Source: Armatimonadota bacterium
GTDB taxonomy: Bacteria; Sysuimicrobiota; Sysuimicrobiia; Sysuimicrobiales; Humicultoraceae
Direction of reading: 5' to 3'
Length of the DNA stretch: 64,000 nt
Assembly: GCA_037443565.1 (NCBI GenBank)
Contig: JBBIOB010000001.1
Coordinates: 97,774 to 161,773, forward strand
The notes beneath the pieces are model-generated. The model worked only from the letters and a program-made list of their open reading frames with translations, was not told the origin of the DNA and ran no database searches. The position numbers and the translations under genes are program-made. How positions within the stretch are numbered: position 1 is the stretch's first letter; every line of letters starts with the position of its first letter. This document shows positions 53,318 through 60,512 of this stretch, in pieces.

Positions 53318-54552
53318 CGGCGCTCCTCCGGAGGCCGGATGTTGCGGAACATCCCGAACAACAACAGATCGTAGACGATCTTCAACCCGCCACCCAGGAA
53401 GAACGGCACGCCCAGGCCCACGACCTGCATCGAGGCTCCGGCGACGACCGGCGTGATGGCCTGGGCGACGTTCCGGGCGATGTTCGTGACGCCGGCGGCG
53501 GCGACACGCTCCCCGGGATCGACGACCGCGACGATGTACGACTGGCGCGTCGGCACGTCCATTTGCGAGAGCGCGTGGCGCGCGAGCAGCAGGCCGATGG
53601 CCCAGGGCAGCGAGGGCGCCAGGGGAATCGCCATGAGCAGTACATTGGAGGGCAGATGCGTGAAGACCATGGTGTTGATGAGGCCGATGCGCTCGGCCAG
53701 GCGGCCGGCCGCCCAGAACGAGCCGGCCTGGAGCAGGCCGACCCACAGGAAGATCGGGCCCAGCAGCTCAGGCCCGGTCGCCCACCGCAAGTGGAAGTAG
53801 AACGCGATCAGACTCTGGACCACGAAGCCGCCGGCCAGCGAGTCGAGGCTGAACAGCCCGGCCAGGCGTAGGACGACGGACCGCGAGCGGCCCAGGCCTG
53901 AGGTGGCGGCGCCGGAAGGCGCCGCCTCGACCCCGTCACTCATCCCGCGGAACAGCGCCCAGGCTGCGACCGCGCACACCGCGTACCCTGCGAACATCAC
54001 CCGGAACGATGCGTCGGGATCCAGCCCCGGCCAGCGCTGCAGCAGCGCCGGAGTCCCGGCGGCCAGCGCGCCGACCGAGCCGGAGACGGCGCCGACGAGG
54101 TTGTAGAGCGAGAACAGACGGGTGCGCCGCTCGGCCGCGACGGTCTGCGGGATGATGGCCTGTTCGAGCGTGAGAAATGGGCCGACCTCGCCCGAGGTGG
54201 CGCCGACCGTACCGGTCAGCGACGCCAGAATCAGGAGCGGGTACGACGTGGTGAGAGCGAACGCGGCGCCGCTGCCTGCCATGAACAGGGCCGAGAGCCG
54301 CAGCATGCGGCGGCGTCCGTACCGGTCGGCGGTCGCGGCGAACAGCGCGGTGAGCGCGGCCGAGCCCAGCAGGGTGGCGGTGAGCACGGCGCCGACCTGC
54401 CACGGCGCGAATCCGACCTGCCCCAGGTAGATCCCTAGCAGGACGGACTGGAACCCGTAGGCGAAGGTGCGTACGCCACGGGCGGCCAGGATCCGCCGGC
54501 CGTCCGGGCTGACCCAGGAGGGATCTCCGCGCGCTCTCGAAGAACCAGGCAC
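53314..54552 (-). CDS. MFS transporter
   Basis: 412 aa, 12 TM helices, MFS loop motif (ADRYGRRRML). 4-bp overlap with the PHP gene. Confidence 0.7.
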   Translation of the reverse strand: MPGSSRARGDPSWVSPDGRRILAARGVRTFAYGFQSVLLGIYLGQVGFAPWQVGAVLTATLLGSAALTALFAATADRYGRRRMLRLSALFMAGSGAAFALTTSYPLLILASLTGTVGATSGEVGPFLTLEQAIIPQTVAAERRTRLFSLYNLVGAVSGSVGALAAGTPALLQRWPGLDPDASFRVMFAGYAVCAVAAWALFRGMSDGVEAAPSGAATSGLGRSRSVVLRLAGLFSLDSLAGGFVVQSLIAFYFHLRWATGPELLGPIFLWVGLLQAGSFWAAGRLAERIGLINTMVFTHLPSNVLLMAIPLAPSLPWAIGLLLARHALSQMDVPTRQSYIVAVVDPGERVAAAGVTNIARNVAQAITPVVAGASMQVVGLGVPFFLGGGLKIVYDLLLFGMFRNIRPPEERR

Positions 54553-54749
54553 GCTCGATCATTCGGCGGGTGGCGGCGGCGCCCTTTGCGCCGCGCCGCC
54601 GGGCGCAGAAAGGGCTTTGGTGCCGCCAGCGGACCGGCGCTGCGTGAAGGCTGGCACGGGGGGAAGGTATCAGCAGAGGACAGAACTCTGTGGTGAGTGT
54701 TCCGCGGTGGCGGTCTACGACCGGCCGCGGGCTGAGGGGGTGGACTATC

Positions 54750-56351
54750 GTGGCCATCGAAGAGGGCGTGCGCAGCCGTCTCGGACTCGAGGCACACGGC
54801 ATTCAGGCCGAGGCCGTCGCGTGGAACCTGTCGGTGCCGGCGCTGTACGAGCACTCGGTGCGCCGACGCGAAGGCCTGATCGCCCAGGCGGGCCCGCTGG
54901 TCGTCCACACCGGGCACCACACCGGCCGCTCGCCGCGGGACAAGTTCATCGTGAAGGAGCCGTCGAGCGAGGAGCGGATCTGGTGGGGCCAGCACAACCG
55001 GCCGTTCGACGCCGAGAGGTTCGACCGGATTCACCGTCGGCTGCAGGCCTACCTGCAGGGCAAGGAGGTGTTCGTCCAGGACGTGTTCGTCGGCGCCGAC
55101 GAACGCTACCGCAAGAACGTCCGGGTGATCACCGAGTACGCCTGGCACAGCCTGTTCGCCCGCACGATGTTCATCGTGCCGGATCGGGAGGCGCTGGCGA
55201 CGCACGACCCAGAGTTTACGATCATCGACGTGCCCCGGTTCCACGCTGAGCCCGAGGTCGACAGCACGCGCACCGAGGTCTTCGTGCTGATGCACCTGGC
55301 GAGGAAGCTCGTGCTCATCGGCGGGACCTCGTATGCCGGCGAGATCAAGAAATCGGTCTTCACGCTCATGAACTACCTGCTGCCGTTGGAAGACGTACTG
55401 CCGATGCACTGCTCGGCCACCGTCGGTCGCGAGGGAGACACCGCGCTCTTCTTCGGCCTCTCCGGCACCGGGAAGACGACGCTGTCGTCCGACCCGGAGC
55501 GGACGCTGATCGGTGACGACGAGCACGGATGGTCGGATGCGGGGATCTTCAACTTCGAGGGCGGCTGCTACGCGAAGACGATCCGGCTCTCGCCCGAGGG
55601 CGAGCCCGAGATCTATGCCACGACCCGCATGTTCGGCACCGTGCTCGAGAACGTGGCGATCGATCCCGTCTCGCGGCACCTCGACCTGGACGATGACTCC
55701 CTGACCGAGAACACCCGCGGCGCGTATCCGCTGCGCTTCATTCCCAACGCGTCCGAGACCGGCCTGGCGGACCACCCGCGCACCGTGGTGTTCCTGACGG
55801 CCGACGCGTTCGGCGTCATGCCACCCATCGCGCGCCTGACCCCCGATCAGGCCATGTACCACTTCCTGTCCGGCTACACCGCGAAAGTGGCCGGTACCGA
55901 GAAGGGGGTGACCGAGCCCCAGGCCACCTTCAGCCCCTGCTTCGGCGCGCCGTTCATGGTGCAGCAGCCCTGCCTCTACGCCGAGATGCTGGGTCGGCGC
56001 ATCGCGCAGCACGGCACGAAGGTGTGGCTCATCAACACCGGCTGGACCGGCGGTCCGCACGGCGTCGGCCATCGGATGAAGCTGGCCTACACGCGTGCGA
56101 TGGTGCGCGAAGCCCTTGCCGGGGCGCTGGACGACGTCCCGACAACACCCGACCCGATCTTCGGCGTGCAGGTGCCCAGGCAGGTGCGCGGCGTCCCGTC
56201 CGAGATTCTCGTCCCGCGTAACACGTGGAGTGATCCGGCAGCTTACGACGCCACCGCCCAGAAGCTTGCCCGCATGTTCGTGGAGGCGTTCGCTGAGTTC
56301 ATCCCGTGTGTCCCGGAGTCTGTCAGCGCGGCAGGGCCCAAGCCTGACTGA
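54750..56351 (+). CDS. pckA: Phosphoenolpyruvate carboxykinase (ATP)
   Basis: PEPCK-ATP motifs: HTGRSPRDKF, kinase-1a GLSGTGKTTLS, NTGWTGG. The GTG at 54750 follows a GAGGGGG RBS; the ATG at 54690 is an alternative. Confidence 0.85.
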   Translation: MAIEEGVRSRLGLEAHGIQAEAVAWNLSVPALYEHSVRRREGLIAQAGPLVVHTGHHTGRSPRDKFIVKEPSSEERIWWGQHNRPFDAERFDRIHRRLQAYLQGKEVFVQDVFVGADERYRKNVRVITEYAWHSLFARTMFIVPDREALATHDPEFTIIDVPRFHAEPEVDSTRTEVFVLMHLARKLVLIGGTSYAGEIKKSVFTLMNYLLPLEDVLPMHCSATVGREGDTALFFGLSGTGKTTLSSDPERTLIGDDEHGWSDAGIFNFEGGCYAKTIRLSPEGEPEIYATTRMFGTVLENVAIDPVSRHLDLDDDSLTENTRGAYPLRFIPNASETGLADHPRTVVFLTADAFGVMPPIARLTPDQAMYHFLSGYTAKVAGTEKGVTEPQATFSPCFGAPFMVQQPCLYAEMLGRRIAQHGTKVWLINTGWTGGPHGVGHRMKLAYTRAMVREALAGALDDVPTTPDPIFGVQVPRQVRGVPSEILVPRNTWSDPAAYDATAQKLARMFVEAFAEFIPCVPESVSAAGPKPD

Positions 56352-56468
56352 TCGCGATGAGCGACGAACGCTGAACTTGCGCGGGCAGCACCCTCAGCAT
56401 ACTCTGATAACGAAGCAGCGCTTGCCTGCAGCACGACAACGACACGGCGAGCGGAAAGGGAGAGACTG

Positions 56469-57494
56469 ATGCACATCGGCGTGCTGACCGGCGGCGGGGA
56501 CGCGCCCGGTCTGAATGCAGCCATCCGGGCGATCGTCCGTCGAGCCCTCGAAGGGACACACGAGGTCACGGGTATCCGCAATGGCTGGCTCGGGTTGCTC
56601 GAAGGGGATGTCATCCCGCTGACGCGCGACAGCGTGTCGGGCATCCTGCACCGGGGGGGGACGATCCTCGGTACCTCGCGGACGAATCCATTCAAGAATC
56701 CCGACGGCGGCGAGCGCCTGCTGGAGGCGCTCGAGCGTCTGGGCATCAACGCGCTGATTCCCATCGGCGGCGACGACACGCTCAGCGTGGCGCTGAAGCT
56801 CTCGCAGATGGGCGTGCGGGTGGTGGGGGTTCCTAAGACGATGGACAACGATGTGCCCGGGACCGACTACACGATCGGCTTCGACACGGCCGTGAATACC
56901 GTCATGGACGCGTGCGACAAGCTCCACACCACGGCCGAGGCGCATCACCGGGTCATGATCGTCGAGGTGATGGGCCGCGACGCGGGATGGGTGGCCGGTA
57001 TCGGCGGTCTGGCCGGCGGGGCCGATGTGGTCCTCGTGCCCGAGGTGCCCTTCACCATCGACGAGGTCTGCGAGATCGTCCGGCGGCGCCGGGAGCGGAC
57101 CCGGACGTTCAGTATCGTCGTGGTGTCCGAGGGGGCCAAGCCCAGCGACTTCGGGGTGCAGATCACGCAGGACGCGCGCGTCGACGAGTTCGGACACGTG
57201 CGCCTGGGCGGCGTCGGGTCCCTGCTGGCGCGAGAGATCGAGGCCCGCACCGGCTACGAGACGCGCGTGACGGTGCTGGGACACCTGCAGCGCGGCGGCG
57301 CGCCGACGGTCTTCGACCGCGTGCTCGCCACGCGCTACGGTGTGGCCGCGGTGGAAGCGCTGGAGGCCGGCCAGTCGGGCGTGATGGTCGCGGCGCAGGG
57401 GACGAAGATCATCTCGGTCAGCCTCGAGGAGGCGCTCTCGGGCTCAAACAAGCTCGATTTGCAGCTCTACCGGCTTACGAGGCTGTTTCATTGA
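56469..57494 (+). CDS. pfp: 6-phosphofructokinase, probably pyrophosphate-dependent type
   Basis: GGGDAPGLNAAIRA, GGDDT (Asp instead of Gly) and PKTMDND (Lys) match the PPi-PFK signature positions; MGR motif present. Confidence 0.8.
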   Translation: MHIGVLTGGGDAPGLNAAIRAIVRRALEGTHEVTGIRNGWLGLLEGDVIPLTRDSVSGILHRGGTILGTSRTNPFKNPDGGERLLEALERLGINALIPIGGDDTLSVALKLSQMGVRVVGVPKTMDNDVPGTDYTIGFDTAVNTVMDACDKLHTTAEAHHRVMIVEVMGRDAGWVAGIGGLAGGADVVLVPEVPFTIDEVCEIVRRRRERTRTFSIVVVSEGAKPSDFGVQITQDARVDEFGHVRLGGVGSLLAREIEARTGYETRVTVLGHLQRGGAPTVFDRVLATRYGVAAVEALEAGQSGVMVAAQGTKIISVSLEEALSGSNKLDLQLYRLTRLFH

Positions 57495-57550
57495 ATGCGT
57501 TCTTTCAAGGAGGCTACACCGCTACATCGAACTCTTCCACAAGTACGTCC

Positions 57551-57596
57551 TAACCCGGCGGAGCCGGAACCAAACAGGGCCGGCTCCGCCGGGTTA
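57551..57596 (+). terminator. GC-rich perfect hairpin (17-bp stem, 12-nt loop) downstream of pfp; likely factor-independent terminator lacking a U-tract
   Basis: TAACCCGGCGGAGCCGG / loop AACCAAACAGGG / CCGGCTCCGCCGGGTTA. It abuts the IS left end. Confidence 0.45.
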
Positions 57597-57621
57597 GTCC
57601 CTTACGAGTCAGATCGTGCGC
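57594..57621. repeat. IS left terminal inverted repeat (28 bp)
   Basis: Exact reverse complement of 59195-59222. Confidence 0.8.
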
Positions 57622-57651
57622 CGCACGAGCTGGTGAGCGACAATAGGGAGC

Positions 57652-59187
57652 ATGAACACATTCCTCGAACGGCACGCGCAGAGGATTGCGGGGACCCTCT
57701 CCTGCTTTGACCGGGTGGTGATCCCCGGCACACTCCCGGAGATCTGCCACGCCGAGGCCGTGGCCCGGCACCTGACCGCAAAGGGGGTTCGCTTCTTCGA
57801 CTACCCCCGGTGGGCCGAACCGTTCCGCGAGGCCCTCCGCGCCCACGCCGAGCGGTTGGCCCAGGAGCACGGCCTGGAGATCGAGTTCATCCGGCGCAAG
57901 AACTTCCGGAAGGAGGAGCGCATCAAGGAGATCGTTGCCACACGCGGAGACCACGAAGGGCTCGTCCACATCTTCTCGGCGATGGAGCCGTGCCCCTCGT
58001 TCCGCCCCTGGCATGACAAGGCCACCGGCAAGACCTTCCTCCGCCCCACGGAGGCCAAGTGCCTCCACTACTACTTCTACTTCATCGACCGGGAGCTGGG
58101 GCTCTGCTACCTGCGGGTGCCGACCTGGGCCCCGTTCCGTCTGCAGTTCTACTTCAACGGCGACAACGCCCTGGCCCGTAAGCTCCAGCGGGCCGGCATT
58201 CGCTACACCCTGCGCGACAACGCCTTTGTGGAGTGCGCCGACTACCTCCGGGCGCAGGCCTTGGCCGATGCCCTGGATGTCCACCGCCTGCACCGGCACC
58301 TGAACCGGCTGGCGGCCCGCTACTGCCCGGTAGTCCGGCACTTTCCTGCGGGCTACCACTGGAGCCTGATGCAGGTCGAGTACGCCACCGACGTGGTGTT
58401 CCGGCGCCAGGCCGACTTCCAGCCGCTCTACGCGGCGCTCACGTACACCGCCATCCACGCCATCAAGCCCGAGCACGTGGCCACCTTCCTCGGGCGCCGG
58501 CTGACTGATGCCTACCAAGGAGAAGCCGGCAACGCCTTCGACACCCGCATCCTGGGGACGCGGATCAAGCACCACCTGGGGCCCGTGGCGATCAAGCTCT
58601 ACGACAAGTGCGGCCTGCTCGGCCGCGTCGAGTGTACCGCCAATGATGTCAGCTTCTTCAAACACCACCGCACGGTGGAACACCGCGACGGGACCGCAGA
58701 GGTCAAGCTGGCCCCGGTGCGCAAGTCGATCTACAGCCTGCCGGTCCTGCGGGACCTCATGCGGGCGGCCACCCGTCGCTACCTGGACTTCCTGGCGGCC
58801 ATCGACGACCCCACGCCGGGGCTGCGCACCCTGGAGAAGATCGCGGCACCCGTCCGCGAGGGCGAGCGCAGCTACCGGGGGTTCAACCTGTTTCATGGCG
58901 CGGACCTCGACCTATTCCAGGCCATCCTGCGAGGGGAATTCACGATCAGCGGATTCCAAGCGCGCCAGCTCCGTGCCATCCTGCCCGGGCTCTCCAGTGC
59001 CCAGTTGTCGCGCCTGCTCAAGCGGCTCCGCCTCCACGGGCTCATCAAGAAGATCGGCAAGCGCTACAAGTACTATCTCACGACCATGGGCCGTACCATC
59101 GCCACTGCGGCGCTGAAACTGCGCGAGCTCGTGATCATCCCAGCCCTTAATCACCCGATCTCCACTCCCGCAGGGCGAACTTCATGA
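57652..59187 (+). CDS. IS transposase (511 aa) with a C-terminal winged-helix-like segment
   Basis: Single long ORF filling the element between the IRs. C-terminal LSSAQLSRLLKRLRLHGLIKKIGKRYKYYLTTMG resembles a wHTH. Acidic-residue-rich central region consistent with a DDE transposase. Family not determined from memory. Confidence 0.65.
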   Translation: MNTFLERHAQRIAGTLSCFDRVVIPGTLPEICHAEAVARHLTAKGVRFFDYPRWAEPFREALRAHAERLAQEHGLEIEFIRRKNFRKEERIKEIVATRGDHEGLVHIFSAMEPCPSFRPWHDKATGKTFLRPTEAKCLHYYFYFIDRELGLCYLRVPTWAPFRLQFYFNGDNALARKLQRAGIRYTLRDNAFVECADYLRAQALADALDVHRLHRHLNRLAARYCPVVRHFPAGYHWSLMQVEYATDVVFRRQADFQPLYAALTYTAIHAIKPEHVATFLGRRLTDAYQGEAGNAFDTRILGTRIKHHLGPVAIKLYDKCGLLGRVECTANDVSFFKHHRTVEHRDGTAEVKLAPVRKSIYSLPVLRDLMRAATRRYLDFLAAIDDPTPGLRTLEKIAAPVREGERSYRGFNLFHGADLDLFQAILRGEFTISGFQARQLRAILPGLSSAQLSRLLKRLRLHGLIKKIGKRYKYYLTTMGRTIATAALKLRELVIIPALNHPISTPAGRTS

Positions 59188-59194
59188 CCACCTT

Positions 59195-59222
59195 GCGCAC
59201 GATCTGACTCGTAAGGGACTAA
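59195..59222. repeat. IS right terminal inverted repeat (28 bp)
   Basis: Exact reverse complement of 57594-57621. Confidence 0.8.
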
Positions 59223-59303
59223 GGGGTTGAATGCTGCCTGGGTCGGAAAGACTGCCTGCCTGACTTCCTCCAGCACCTCCGGATCCATCCGGGAGGGTCC
59301 GCG

Positions 59304-60242
59304 GTGGGCCGTATTGCGCGCGAACTGGGCATCAGCCGGCAGCACGTCTACAGGCTGCGCGACCGCGTGCGGGAGATCTACGGGATCTGGGTGGACGACG
59401 CCTCATCAGACCCTCTCGTCCCACGGGGCTATCTGAGGATCCGAGCCCGCGAGACCTCCGGTGTAGCCGTCACGCTCAGCGCGCAGGAGGCGGGGGCGCT
59501 GCTCACCGCTGCCGCGCGCATCGAGAACCTGCCTCCCCCAGTGAGGCAAGCCCTCCGGCGTATCGTCCAAGGGACCCCGGTTGCGTCGGAAGCGGAGCGC
59601 GGCCCCATCGTTTACTCCCCCTTGGCGGACGAGTATGCCCCCGGACTCTACGAGAAGGTCGCAGAGGCGATTCGCGGGCGACGCACCGCGCGGATCACCT
59701 ACCGCAATGCCAGGGGCGAGGAGAAGACCTACCGGTTCGACCCCTACATCCTGATCGCCCGCGACCCCCACCTCTACCTGGTGGGCGCCAACCACAACAG
59801 CCGGGCCGCGGGTCACGACCCGGTCCACGAACTGCGACTGGACCAGATTGTCGAGTTCCGCCTTCTGCGGGACCGTTTTCCCCTTCCGGACTTCGACGTG
59901 CGGGCCTACTGCCGGGGAAGGTTCCGATGGTTTCCCGGCGAGGGTAAACCCATCCGAGTCCGGGTGCGTTTCAGCCCTCAGAAGGCAGGCTTCATCCGCC
60001 GCATGCGCCACCATCCCACGCAGACCCTCACCGAGGAATTGGACGGAAGCGTGGTGTGGGAAGTGCGAGTCCCCTTCTGCGAAGACCTCGTACACTGGAT
60101 AGTGGGCTACGGCCCCCACGCCACCGTCATCGAGCCCTACGACCTCAGGCGCAGGGTAGTGGAGTGGGCAAGAGGTGCCGCGGAAGCCAACTTGTCGCCC
60201 GAGGGTGCGACAGTCGAGGCGTATCCTGGGATGAGAAGGTGA
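59304..60242 (+). CDS. WYL-domain transcriptional regulator (wHTH - WYL - WCX), CRISPR-Cas/defence-associated type
   Basis: HTH IARELGISRQHVYRLRD, WYL domain ITYRNARGEEKTYRFDPYILIARDPHLYLVGANH...HELRLDQIVEF, C-terminal WCX-like region. The annotated GTG start lies 81 nt from the IS right end. The reading frame stays open back to the stop inside the IS IRR. Confidence 0.75.
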   Translation: MGRIARELGISRQHVYRLRDRVREIYGIWVDDASSDPLVPRGYLRIRARETSGVAVTLSAQEAGALLTAAARIENLPPPVRQALRRIVQGTPVASEAERGPIVYSPLADEYAPGLYEKVAEAIRGRRTARITYRNARGEEKTYRFDPYILIARDPHLYLVGANHNSRAAGHDPVHELRLDQIVEFRLLRDRFPLPDFDVRAYCRGRFRWFPGEGKPIRVRVRFSPQKAGFIRRMRHHPTQTLTEELDGSVVWEVRVPFCEDLVHWIVGYGPHATVIEPYDLRRRVVEWARGAAEANLSPEGATVEAYPGMRR

Positions 60243-60338
60243 AGAGGGGGTACCATCACCGCTTTCGCGGCACCCCCGATGAATTGGACATGGACGGCAG
60301 GTGACACGGGGCAGGATCCGATGGCTCGCCAGGAGGCA

Positions 60339-60512
60339 ATGAGGGTGCGGGATTTCAAGACCTTCTTCAGGATGGCGACGGGTAAGGATCCGTTCCCCTA
60401 CCAGACGTCGCTCGCCGAGGGCAAGGCGTTCCCTGAGCTCGTCCGCATTCCCGCGCGAGCAGGAAAGACCGCAGGGGCGATCCTGGCGCGGTGTGCGAAG
60501 AGAGTCGCATGA
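60339..60512 (+). other. Small ORF mimicking the Cas3 N-terminal Q-motif and Walker A (cas3 5' duplicate or remnant), ATGA-coupled to cas3
   Basis: FFRMATGKDPFPYQTSL...IPARAGKTAGAIL parallels cas3 FWSLTGFSPMNWQCRL...IPTGLGKTSVIVI. The ORF stops right after the Walker A. Its stop TGA (60510-12) overlaps the cas3 ATG (60509-11). Upstream in-frame ATGs at 60279 and 60321. Confidence 0.4.

Larger units (their letters stand above)
57594..59222 (+). mobile_element. Insertion sequence (1629 bp) with perfect 28-bp terminal inverted repeats and a single DDE-type transposase gene; family unassigned
   Basis: IRL 57594-57621 TTAGTCCCTTACGAGTCAGATCGTGCGC is the exact reverse complement of IRR 59195-59222. 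Flanking GGG on both sides (57591-93 and 59223-25) may be a 3-bp target duplication. Confidence 0.75.

Noticed and set aside
57551-57596. Hairpin interpreted as a REP or IS target element
   Set aside because: Only a single copy is present in the window. Its position right after the pfp stop fits a terminator better. The REP-target idea is kept only as a remark in the IS finding.
59227-59436. 69-aa ORF between the IS and the WYL gene in a different frame
   Set aside because: It overlaps the WYL regulator start out of frame and has no motif. The in-frame extension of the WYL gene, back to the stop inside the IRR, is more informative.
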